Source: an uncultured bacterium | GTDB lineage: Bacteria > Oederibacteriota > Oederibacteriia > Oederibacteriales > Oederibacteriaceae | Assembly (NCBI GenBank): GCA_965112635.1 | Contig: OZ218778.1 | Location: forward strand, 768,001 to 832,000 | Reading direction: 5' to 3' | DNA: 64,000 bases | Notes under the pieces: generated by a model | The model's input: only the letters and a program-made list of their open reading frames with translations | Databases searched by the model: none | What the model was told of the DNA's origin: nothing | Translations under genes and position numbers: made by a program | Shown here: piece by piece, positions 32,996 to 41,862 of the stretch | Position numbering within the stretch: the stretch's first letter is position 1 | Layout: the number at the start of each line of letters is the position of its first letter

Positions 32996-33632
32996 TGATC
33001 GTTTTACCTCCGTAAACTTTGTTCCCTTTTTTAACGCTGAGTTTTGCCGAGGCCGGCAGGACAAGGTCGACCTGCGAGCCGAAGTACATCATGCCCAGGC
33101 GCTCACCCTGACGGATGCTCTCGCCGGGTTTTTTCCAGCAAAGGATGCGCCGGGCAATGGCGCCCGTGATTTGCTTGACGATAATCCTCTTATTTTTAAG
33201 GCTTTTCAAGCCAATGATGTTCTGCTCGTTGTAGCGTTCCGCGTCCTTATTAAAGGCCATGAGAAACTTGCCGGGACGGTGCTGGACGAACTCCAGCTTG
33301 GCTGCCACAGGGGCTCTCTGAACATGCACGTTGAAAATCGAGAGGAAGATGTTGATCTGTTTGGCCTTCTCGCCTCCGTGGCCTTTGACTTCCCTGACCT
33401 CCAAAACTCTCCCGTCCGCCGGAGAAAGGATGTCCTTGGGGCTGACGTTGGAGGCCTGCCTCTCCGGGTCACGGAAAAAGACCAGGAACAGGCTCAAGAA
33501 GACCAGCAGGACCGCGTCAAGAATCCAAAGAAGAGCACCGTGAAGATCAGCGGTCAAAAGAACCGAGATAACGAACAACAGGGCCGTGACAGCCAGAAAG
33601 GGAGCGCCTTCTTTTCTAAAGGGTATAACCAT
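32979..33632 (-). CDS. psd: Phosphatidylserine decarboxylase proenzyme
   Basis: FFRDPER, SPADG, IFLSIFNVH, FGSQVD self-cleavage site. Confidence 0.93.
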   Translation of the reverse strand: MVIPFRKEGAPFLAVTALLFVISVLLTADLHGALLWILDAVLLVFLSLFLVFFRDPERQASNVSPKDILSPADGRVLEVREVKGHGGEKAKQINIFLSIFNVHVQRAPVAAKLEFVQHRPGKFLMAFNKDAERYNEQNIIGLKSLKNKRIIVKQITGAIARRILCWKKPGESIRQGERLGMMYFGSQVDLVLPASAKLSVKKGNKVYGGKTIIGRFI

Positions 33633-33636
33633 CTTA

Positions 33637-34653
33637 TTAATGTTTGCCCTTTTTCACGGACTTGACGGAAAGCCAGCTCATCATCTCCCTGAGCTTGGCG
33701 CCCACGGTTTCGATGGGGTGCTGCAGGGACTGCTTAAGGAGCGCGTTGAGCATCGGACGGCCAGCCTGGTTCTCCAATATCCACTCGCGGGCAAAAACGC
33801 CGTCCTGGATGTTCTTGAGGACCTTCTGCATCTCCTTGCGGGTCTCCTGTGTGATGATGCGGGGCCCGACCGTCACGTCGCCGTAGCGCGCCGTGGTACT
33901 GACCCTCGTGCGCATGCCGCTAATGCCATTGGCGTAAATGAGGTCGCAGATGAGCTTGAGCTCATGGCAGCACTCGAAGTAAGCCACCTCAGGCTGATAA
34001 CCAGCGTTGACCAGGGTCTCGAAGCCGGCTTGAATCAGGGCCGAGGTGCCGCCGCAAAGGACGACCTGCTCGCCGAATAGGTCGGTCTCGGTCTCCTCGC
34101 GGAAGGAGGTCTCCAAAACACCGGCACGGGTGGAACCGATGCCTTTGGCGTAAGCGAGAGCGATGTCCTTGGCCTTGCTGGACGCGTCCTGGTAGATGGC
34201 GATCAAGGCCGGTACTCCCCCGCCCTCGGTAAAGGTGCTACGCAGGAGGTGGCCGGGGCCTTTGGGCGCGATCATGATGACGTCGGAATCAGCCGGCGGG
34301 ACGATCTGGCCGAAATGGATGTTGAACCCGTGGGCGAAAGCCAAGGTCGTGCCCGGTTTCATGTTGGGCTTGATCTCTTCTCTGTAGATCCTGGCCTGCA
34401 TGTCGTCGGGGATCGAGAACATGAGCAGGTCGCATTGCTTGACGACCTCCGGGGTCGTCAAGGGTTTAAAGCCGTCCTGCTCGGCCTGCTTCCAGTTGGG
34501 AGAATTTTTCTGGTCGGCGACCAGCACTGAAAGACCGCTGTCCTTCAAATTTAAAGAATGGGCGTGGCCTTGGATGCCGTAGCCGATGATACCGACCTTC
34601 TTCTTTTTTAATAGATCGAGGTTAGCATCCTTGTCATAATAAATTTTTGCCAT
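33637..34653 (-). CDS. ilvC: Ketol-acid reductoisomerase
   Basis: [36 protein letters not shown]. Confidence 0.97.
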   Translation of the reverse strand: MAKIYYDKDANLDLLKKKKVGIIGYGIQGHAHSLNLKDSGLSVLVADQKNSPNWKQAEQDGFKPLTTPEVVKQCDLLMFSIPDDMQARIYREEIKPNMKPGTTLAFAHGFNIHFGQIVPPADSDVIMIAPKGPGHLLRSTFTEGGGVPALIAIYQDASSKAKDIALAYAKGIGSTRAGVLETSFREETETDLFGEQVVLCGGTSALIQAGFETLVNAGYQPEVAYFECCHELKLICDLIYANGISGMRTRVSTTARYGDVTVGPRIITQETRKEMQKVLKNIQDGVFAREWILENQAGRPMLNALLKQSLQHPIETVGAKLREMMSWLSVKSVKKGKH

Positions 34654-34690
34654 GAGACTTCCTTTCTTTTTTTTAGAATTTTGGTCTATT

Positions 34691-35170
34691 TTAGACTTTT
34701 CCCCGGGAAATTGAAATAGTGCCCGTCCGGACCATCTCGATGATCCCGTAACTTTTCAACTGGTTGATGAACGCAGAGATTTTTTCGACACCGCCAGTGA
34801 TCTCGATCGTGAAAGATTTGGTGGCGATGTCAACGATCTTGGCCCGAAAAACCTCGGTCAGAAGCATGATCTCTGATTTTTTCTTGAGGTCGGCGGTTAC
34901 CTTGATCAGCGCCAGTTCCCTGCTGATCGAAGGCTCGCTGGTTAGATCCACGACATTGATGACTTCGATGAGCTTGTTGAGCTGTTTGTTGATCTGCTCG
35001 ATTACAATGTCCTTGCCTGAGACCATGATGGTCATCCGGGAAATGGTGCTGTCCTCGGTCTCGCCAACCGTCAGGCTTTCTATGTTATAGCCCCTGCTGC
35101 TGAATAACCCGGCCACCCTGGCCAAGACGCCGGGATGGTTTTCAACTTTTACTGAAATTGTATGGCGCAT
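34691..35170 (-). CDS. ilvN: Acetolactate synthase small subunit
   Basis: [42 protein letters not shown]. Confidence 0.95.
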   Translation of the reverse strand: MRHTISVKVENHPGVLARVAGLFSSRGYNIESLTVGETEDSTISRMTIMVSGKDIVIEQINKQLNKLIEVINVVDLTSEPSISRELALIKVTADLKKKSEIMLLTEVFRAKIVDIATKSFTIEITGGVEKISAFINQLKSYGIIEMVRTGTISISRGKV

Positions 35171-35234
35171 ACGCGAGCCCTTTTGATGAATTTTTATTTG
35201 TTACAAAGAACAATTTTTTATAAATTGAATTTTC

Positions 35235-35266
35235 ATTATGTTGACGGACCATTGGTTTGTCAACAT
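35235..35266 (-). promoter_or_regulatory. ilvN operon promoter with overlapping inverted repeat
   Basis: TTGACA-17-CATAAT; ATGTTGAC-N13-GTCAACAT dyad at 35238-35266. Confidence 0.6.
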
Positions 35267-35367
35267 TTTTATTAATGGCAGCTTTAAAGAGTTTTTATGA
35301 GGGGTTGAGGGCCAGAAAAAACGCGGCAAATCAATATAAATGTTGATAATAAAGGAAATAGCATGAG

Positions 35368-35383
35368 GGTTCCACGTGAAACA
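35368..35383. other. parS centromere-like site
   Basis: GGTTCCACGTGAAACA, 15/16 match to TGTTNCACGTGAAACA; downstream of rsmG. Confidence 0.88.
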
Positions 35384-35481
35384 AAGCCGTTGAAAAAAGA
35401 ATCAAATTATTTGGGAGAGATTGTATTTAAATTGTATGAAATTTTTAAGGGAGTTTTTGAGGAGTTTGGTGAGATTGCATC

Positions 35482-36225
35482 CTAATGCGAGTGAGGATTT
35501 TTGCTTTTTGGGTTGTTATCAATTTTCCCCACTTTTTCCACAAAGATCAAAAAATGAGAATTGGGGGTTTCGGGAAGGTCAACTTTTTTTATATCTGATA
35601 TTTTCGAATTAAAACTTTGCAATAGGTTTGCGATGCCCTCTATCTCTTTTTCATGGTTCCGGCTTTTAAAGGCCACAAATAAGCCCTGAAGCATTACAAA
35701 AGGCATGCATAATTTGATTAATTCAGAGAAGCTGGCCACAGCCTTGGAGCAAACCAGATCAAACCTTTCAAAATACTCCGGTTTTTTAGAAAAAACCTCT
35801 GCCCTGCCCTCCAGAATACTCACATTCTTAAGACCCAGAGACAAGGCAACCAGCTGGCAAAAGCCCAGTTTTTTCTTGGAGCTGTCTAAAAGGGATATGG
35901 TTAAATGTGGACGGGCAATTTTAAGGGGCAGGCCAGGAAAACCAGATCCAGTACCCACATCCAGGATATTGTGTATTTTCAGTTTATCTAGATATGGGAT
36001 AAGAGCCAGGGAGTCCAAAAACAAGGAACTTAAAATATCCTTGTATTGGTTCAATCCGGTCAAATTCATTGCTCTGTTTTTAGATTTTAGAAAGCTATAA
36101 AAACGCAGCAGGTCATCAATGGCCGTTCCATCTACGGAAATGCCCATAGTCTTCAGACCAGACATTAAAAAAGTCCGTTCTTGCTCTAAAGAGCTGATAT
36201 CCTCATTGCCTCGTTGCATTTTCAC
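35482..36225 (-). CDS. rsmG: 16S rRNA m7G527 methyltransferase
   Basis: MNLT, DSL, LDVGTGSGFPGLPLKI, GRAE. Confidence 0.95.
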   Translation of the reverse strand: MKMQRGNEDISSLEQERTFLMSGLKTMGISVDGTAIDDLLRFYSFLKSKNRAMNLTGLNQYKDILSSLFLDSLALIPYLDKLKIHNILDVGTGSGFPGLPLKIARPHLTISLLDSSKKKLGFCQLVALSLGLKNVSILEGRAEVFSKKPEYFERFDLVCSKAVASFSELIKLCMPFVMLQGLFVAFKSRNHEKEIEGIANLLQSFNSKISDIKKVDLPETPNSHFLIFVEKVGKIDNNPKSKNPHSH

Positions 36226-36235
36226 CCTTAGTTCC

Positions 36236-38122
36236 CTATTTAGTCTGACTAATCTTTTTGTTGTTTTCCAGGTGGATTAGTATCAAGGAGATGTCTGAAG
36301 GCCGTACACCAGATATCCTGGAAGCCTGACCTATGGAAGTTGGGCGGTGTTTCTGAAGCTTTTCCTTGGATTCCCTAGATAAGCCGGAAAGGTCAGAATA
36401 GTTAAAATCGGAAGATATTTTGATATGCTCCAATTTATCAAATTTCTTAACCTGGTTGATCTGTCTCTTGATATAACCCTCGTATTTAATCACCATTTCC
36501 ACATGTTTTTTTTCAAGGTCCGAAAGCTTATTATCCACGGGAATAAGATGTTTAAGCTTCTTGTAGTTGATTTCCGGCCTTTTCAGTAGCTGACCAAGAG
36601 ACTGGACTTGTGCCTTGGATTTACCCCTGTCTTTATCTGGGTCTTTTAATAACTCAGGGGTTATTGTTACAAAAGTTTTATGTAACAGTTGAATTTCCCT
36701 GGTAATTTTGTTCTTTTGCTCCCTTACCAGGACATTCGTTTCACGTGGAACAAGACCCAATTTAAAGCCCTTTTCCATAAGCCTGGAATCAGCGGTATCA
36801 TGGCCAAGGAGCAAACGATATTCAGCCCTAGAGGTAAACATACGGTACGGTTCTGTGGTGCCTTTGGTGACCAAGTCGTCTATTAAAACGCCAATGTAAG
36901 CCTCTGAACGCTTTAAGATAAAGGGGCTTTCTTTTTTGATTTTTAAAGACGCGTTTAATCCAGCCACAAAGCCCTGTACGGCAGCTTCTTCATAGCCTGT
37001 TGTCCCGTTAATTTGACCTGCAAAATAAAGGTTATTGATATTCTTTGTTTCCAAGGTCAGCTTGAGCTGGGTCGGGTCAGAATAGTCGTACTCTATTGCA
37101 TATCCTGGTCGCATGATTTCGGCTTTTTCCAAGCCTGCTATTGTCCTTAGAAAAGCCAGCTGGACATCTTCGGGCAGACTGGTGGAGATCCCATTCATAT
37201 ACATTTCGTTAGTTTGCAAGCCTTCGGGTTCAATAAAAATCTGGTGGGACGCTTTGTCTTTGAATTTAAAAATTTTGTCTTCAATGGAAGGGCAGTAGCG
37301 TGGGCCGATGCCTTTTATGGTACCGCTGAAAAGGGGAGACCTGTCTATGTTAACTCTAATTATATCATGTGTTTTTTTGTTAGTTGCCGTGAGATAACAT
37401 GGAACTTGGGGCATACTTAAATGCGTTGTAGAAAAAGAAAAAAACTGCGGAATTTCATCGCCGATTTGTGCCTTTAAACCGCAAAAGTCTATTGTTCTTC
37501 GGTCTACCCTAGGATTTGTTCCAGTTTTTAAACGGCCTAAGGTAAACCCGAAATCCTGTAGTTGTTCTGAAATATGCTCGGCGGCATATTCACCTGACCG
37601 GCCGGACTTGAAATTTGTGCTGCCAATGTGAATCAGGCCGTTTAAAAAAGTGCCTGTTGTTAAGATGACAGCATGACCATGGTACGCAGTTTCAGTTTTT
37701 GTAAGAATCCCTAGAATTTTATTGTTTTTAACTAACAACTTTTCAACAACGGCCTGCTTAAGGTCAAGGTTGGGCTGGTTTTCAAGAGTATGTTTCATGG
37801 CCAGCTGATAAGCTTTTTTGTCACATTGAGCCCGAGGGGATTGGACGGCAGGGCCTTTTTTGGTGTTGAGGAGTTTGAATTGGATGGCTGTTTTATCAGT
37901 GTTTTTGGCCATTTCACCGCCCAGGGCGTCCAATTCTCTGACCAGATGGCCTTTAGCCACACCGCCAATGGCGGGATTACAGGACATTTGGGCGATGGTG
38001 TCCAGGTTCATGGTCAGCAGGAGGGTAGGATGGCCTCTTCTGGCGCAGGCCAAGGCGGCCTCGCAGCCAGCATGTCCGGCGCCGACCACAATGACGTCAT
38101 ATTTTTTAGGATATGGGAGCAT
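36236..38122 (-). CDS. mnmG: tRNA modification enzyme MnmG (GidA)
   Basis: [50 protein letters not shown]; ATG at 38122. Confidence 0.97.
   Translation of the reverse strand: MLPYPKKYDVIVVGAGHAGCEAALACARRGHPTLLLTMNLDTIAQMSCNPAIGGVAKGHLVRELDALGGEMAKNTDKTAIQFKLLNTKKGPAVQSPRAQCDKKAYQLAMKHTLENQPNLDLKQAVVEKLLVKNNKILGILTKTETAYHGHAVILTTGTFLNGLIHIGSTNFKSGRSGEYAAEHISEQLQDFGFTLGRLKTGTNPRVDRRTIDFCGLKAQIGDEIPQFFSFSTTHLSMPQVPCYLTATNKKTHDIIRVNIDRSPLFSGTIKGIGPRYCPSIEDKIFKFKDKASHQIFIEPEGLQTNEMYMNGISTSLPEDVQLAFLRTIAGLEKAEIMRPGYAIEYDYSDPTQLKLTLETKNINNLYFAGQINGTTGYEEAAVQGFVAGLNASLKIKKESPFILKRSEAYIGVLIDDLVTKGTTEPYRMFTSRAEYRLLLGHDTADSRLMEKGFKLGLVPRETNVLVREQKNKITREIQLLHKTFVTITPELLKDPDKDRGKSKAQVQSLGQLLKRPEINYKKLKHLIPVDNKLSDLEKKHVEMVIKYEGYIKRQINQVKKFDKLEHIKISSDFNYSDLSGLSRESKEKLQKHRPTSIGQASRISGVRPSDISLILIHLENNKKISQTK
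36737..36752. other. parS site inside mnmG
   Basis: CGTTTCACGTGGAACA, encoding VPRET in mnmG. Confidence 0.82.
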
Positions 38123-38237
38123 TTTCCACCACCAGTCAATTCGTTGAAAAAGCATTGTAGTAAAGGGTTGAAAGGCGGTCAAGCAGGGAATATCCCGGGA
38201 CAAGCAGGGGAGAGATTTAAAAAAATTACCTGGGTTT

Positions 38238-39647
38238 TTACTTACCGATACAGAATTTGGAAAAAATTTGGTCCAGAAGGTCTTCTGTGGTGGTTTCACC
38301 GATGATGAGACCCATACTGTCGACTGTTTCTCTCAGGTCAAGGCAGAGAAATTCCTGAAATAACTTTTTTTTATTTCCCTCAACAAAGTGTTCCAGGCTT
38401 TTTCGGGCGTCATCGAGCGCTTTTTTGTGTCTCAGGTTGGTCATCAGGATATGATCAGGAATTATTCTTTTTCCATCCAACACATGGAGAACGATCTGCG
38501 ATTTCAGATCCTTGATACCCGAGCCTTTTAAGGCTGATATTTTGACGATCTTTCTTGTTTTGTCCATTTTCAATTTTTTTAAAATTGTCTGGCAGTTTGT
38601 TCTTTGGGGGAGATCGGTTTTGTTCAAGGCCACGATTACTTTTTTCCAGGATAGCGTTGCGTATAGATGATGGTCCTCCTGAGAAAGCTTTTGCGAGCCA
38701 TCCACGACCAATACCACCAGATCAGCTTTAGCGATGGCCTGGCGGCTGCGTTCGATTCCTTTAGCCTCAACCAGGTCCACGGATTCTCTGATGCCGGCCG
38801 TGTCCACCAGCTGGACCGGTACGCCGTTCATATTGACGGTTTCCTGGATGATGTCCCGGGTTGTTCCGGGCAAATGCGTGACAATGGCCCTTTCTTCCTC
38901 CAGAAGGATGTTCAGCAGGCTGGATTTGCCCACATTGGGTTTGCCCACGATGGCGGTTACGAGGCCGTCACGCAGTATTTTGCCCTGCTCGGAGTTCCTG
39001 ATGATCTCACCCAACTCATCCAGGATTTGCGCGGATGTTCTTTGCATTTTCTTAAACGAAGCCTGGTCAATGTCATCCTCGGGAAAATCCAACTGCGCCT
39101 CGAGGATCACCAGCATATCCTTCACCTTGTCCCTTAAGCGGGTGATGGTCCGGGACAGGGAGCCCTGCAGCTGCTCCCAGGCTACTTTGCGGCTCAGTTC
39201 GGTTTTGGACTGGATGAGATCGGCTACGGCTTCGGCCTGGGCCAGGTCTATCCTGCCGCTTAAGAATGCTCTTTTGGTAAATTCACCCGGTTCCGCCAGG
39301 CGGCAGCCCTGTTTCAGGCACAATTCCATGACGCGAGCCAGGATGACCGTATTGCCGTGGCAGGATATTTCCGCCATATTTTGCCTGGTGTAGGTGGCCG
39401 GCGCCTTAAAGACCGAGACCAACACTTCGTCTATTTTTTCTTTTGTTTTGGGGTCAACGATAAACCCAAAATAAACTTTGTGGGAGTCGAGACCAGAGAG
39501 TTTTTTGTTTGATTTAGGGCAGAAAATCTTGGTGATCATAGAGATGGCCTTGGGCCCGCTCAAGCGTATGAGGCCCAGAGCGCCCTGTCCTGGCGGAGAG
39601 GCGATGGCCACGATGGTTTCGTCCTGGTCAGGTAAAAGTAGGTTCAT
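38238..39647 (-). CDS. mnmE: tRNA modification GTPase MnmE
   Basis: [45 protein letters not shown]. Confidence 0.97.
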   Translation of the reverse strand: MNLLLPDQDETIVAIASPPGQGALGLIRLSGPKAISMITKIFCPKSNKKLSGLDSHKVYFGFIVDPKTKEKIDEVLVSVFKAPATYTRQNMAEISCHGNTVILARVMELCLKQGCRLAEPGEFTKRAFLSGRIDLAQAEAVADLIQSKTELSRKVAWEQLQGSLSRTITRLRDKVKDMLVILEAQLDFPEDDIDQASFKKMQRTSAQILDELGEIIRNSEQGKILRDGLVTAIVGKPNVGKSSLLNILLEEERAIVTHLPGTTRDIIQETVNMNGVPVQLVDTAGIRESVDLVEAKGIERSRQAIAKADLVVLVVDGSQKLSQEDHHLYATLSWKKVIVALNKTDLPQRTNCQTILKKLKMDKTRKIVKISALKGSGIKDLKSQIVLHVLDGKRIIPDHILMTNLRHKKALDDARKSLEHFVEGNKKKLFQEFLCLDLRETVDSMGLIIGETTTEDLLDQIFSKFCIGK

Positions 39648-39801
39648 GGTAAAAAGCAGTATAACACACCCGCTTTATCCTTCATCGCAGCCCCTTGCTC
39701 CGTGCCCAGCAGAGGAAAGTAGACCTATATATATAGAAGGCGGTGCGGCTAAAAAAAATCACCAGTTGCAAATTTTTGATGATTAGTTTAATTTTTTATC
39801 C

Positions 39802-40560
39802 ATGGACGCTCACAAGGACGCACCAAAAACGGAAAAACAGGACAAGAACCAAGGGAAAAAACCCGCCCAACCAAAGAAAAAACCCTACCCGCATTCCGGA
39901 CACCGCGGCCGTTTGCGGGAGCGTTATATCCGGGGAGGCTTAAAAAGCCTTAATGATTACGAGGTTTTGGAGCTATTGCTCACCTATGTTTTGCCCCAGC
40001 ACGACGTGAAGCCCATCGCCAAAGACCTTTTAGAAAAATTCCACACTTTAAGCGGCGTGCTGGACGCGGTCCCCGCGGAGCTGCACGAAGTGCACGGCAT
40101 CAAGGAGCGCAGCGCGGTATTTTTCCACCTCATTCGCGACGTTTCCCGGGCGACCCTGCTGGAAAAGGTCCAAAATATCGATTCCTTTTCCTTCCGCAGC
40201 AGCAGCCAAGTAGGGGAGTATCTCATCCGGGAAATCGGGCACCAGGACAAGGAATGCTTTTTCGTTTTCTTCCTGGACAACCAGAACCATCTCATCTCCT
40301 GCGAGACCATGCAGGAGGGGACCATCAACCAGACCACGGTCTATCCCCGCGAGATCTTTGAAAAAGCCATCCAGCAAAAAGCCACGGCGCTTTTATTCGC
40401 GCACAATCATCCCTCGGGCGTTTTGAAACCCAGCCCCGAGGACATCAAGCTCCACCAGCAGCTGACCCAAGGAGCCCAGCTCTTGCAGATCAGCGTGCTG
40501 GACCATTTCATTGTGTCGTCGGAAAAATATTACAGTTTCCACGAGGCCGGGATCCTATAA
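39802..40560 (+). CDS. radC: RadC/JAB-domain protein
   Basis: GHRGRLRERY, DYEVLELLL, HNHPSG...PS.ED, VLDHFIV. Confidence 0.92.
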   Translation: MDAHKDAPKTEKQDKNQGKKPAQPKKKPYPHSGHRGRLRERYIRGGLKSLNDYEVLELLLTYVLPQHDVKPIAKDLLEKFHTLSGVLDAVPAELHEVHGIKERSAVFFHLIRDVSRATLLEKVQNIDSFSFRSSSQVGEYLIREIGHQDKECFFVFFLDNQNHLISCETMQEGTINQTTVYPREIFEKAIQQKATALLFAHNHPSGVLKPSPEDIKLHQQLTQGAQLLQISVLDHFIVSSEKYYSFHEAGIL

Positions 40561-40607
40561 CCGAGGCGGGGATGTTGCGGCCCTGTAGATTTTACGGCGA
40601 GGCGTTC

Positions 40608-41621
40608 CTAAAAGTTATACTCAATCCCGGCGTTGAGGTAGTTCCCTGGGTTGGCGAGGAGATTGGATTCTTTTTTGACCATCCCGGTGTATTTGCTCAC
40701 CAGGTCAAAGTTGATGTTGCTCGTGTTGGTGGTGGTGCTGTTGGTCTCCCGGTACGCGTTCGCGCCTAGGTTCCATCTCAGGTTCTCCAAAAGCAGCGGA
40801 CCAGAAAAAGTCAGCCCGACGTTGCTGTCATTGGTGACCGTAGTGGATAGGACCTCGACCTTGGGAAAAGCAGGGAAGGGGTTGGTCGTCTCCTGCGACG
40901 TGGCGCGGTCATCGGACAGGGACAGGGAACAAGTGACCCCGTAAAATAAAGGCAGGGAAACCCCAGTCCCCAAGGTCCAGGTGTTGGTTTTGATGGAGTC
41001 CACCGAGAAATCCAGACTGAAATCCAAAGAAGAGTCCAGCCACAGGGAATTAAACGTCACCCCGGTGTTCACTCCCTTTATATTGTAAGGCGTCTGCAGA
41101 GAAAAACTGGAATTGTCTATGGCGGAGGTCTCCAGAGTGGTGTTATTGCTTCCAGTGAAGTTGAGGCCCAGGGAACCGACAATGGTTTCGGTCATATGGA
41201 TATCCCAGCTCACTGCCAATTCCAGGCTTTTGGTGAGGGTGTCGGCCGTGGCGGTCACATTGCCCATGCTGTCCGTGAGATCCAGGGAGGTATGCTGGGA
41301 ACTGGGCGTAAAGCTAAAGACCAAGTTATTATCCTTGTCCACTTTCCAGGTATAACTGATCCCCGTGGACAGACCCTGGGTCTTATTATCACCGGCCGTG
41401 GCGGAAACATCCAGGGTCCAGGGAAGGTTTTCGCTAAGGTCCATGTCGACCACCTTATCCTGGTCGGATTGTTTCTGTTCTGAGGTGGCGGGGGACTGTT
41501 CGGTCTGGGTGCTTTCCTGGCTGAGCAACACCTGGGCGCTGGGCAGACCGGGACCGGCCCAGGCAAGGAGAAGCCAAACACCGGCGCTAAAAACAACGGT
41601 GCGCAAAGTTTTTTCGAGCAT
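40608..41621 (-). CDS. Secreted Ser/Thr-rich protein, probable outer-membrane beta-barrel
   Basis: Signal peptide (...LPSA^QV), alternating beta-strand pattern, C-terminal GIEYNF. Confidence 0.6.
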   Translation of the reverse strand: MLEKTLRTVVFSAGVWLLLAWAGPGLPSAQVLLSQESTQTEQSPATSEQKQSDQDKVVDMDLSENLPWTLDVSATAGDNKTQGLSTGISYTWKVDKDNNLVFSFTPSSQHTSLDLTDSMGNVTATADTLTKSLELAVSWDIHMTETIVGSLGLNFTGSNNTTLETSAIDNSSFSLQTPYNIKGVNTGVTFNSLWLDSSLDFSLDFSVDSIKTNTWTLGTGVSLPLFYGVTCSLSLSDDRATSQETTNPFPAFPKVEVLSTTVTNDSNVGLTFSGPLLLENLRWNLGANAYRETNSTTTNTSNINFDLVSKYTGMVKKESNLLANPGNYLNAGIEYNF

Positions 41622-41862
41622 CAGGCGGCAATCTTCCAGCCTGTCCTTGAACGAGGCCCGCGGAAACCTGGTGCGACAAGTGGTTTTGAGGCGGTTGATT
41701 TTTCCCAAGTTTTCTCCGATACAGCGTTAATCATCGCATTATATTCCTATTAACATTCAAGGCAGGTTATTAATTTCTGCCTGTCATCTTGGCCCTTTTT
41801 GAAACCTCCCGTTAGTGTTACAATCAAAAAAAACGTGAAGGAAGACTAGAGAAAGAGGAAAA

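Noticed and set aside
39802-40560. radC as marker of an integrated element
   Set aside because: Full-length chromosomal-type RadC; no integrase, att repeats or tRNA nearby
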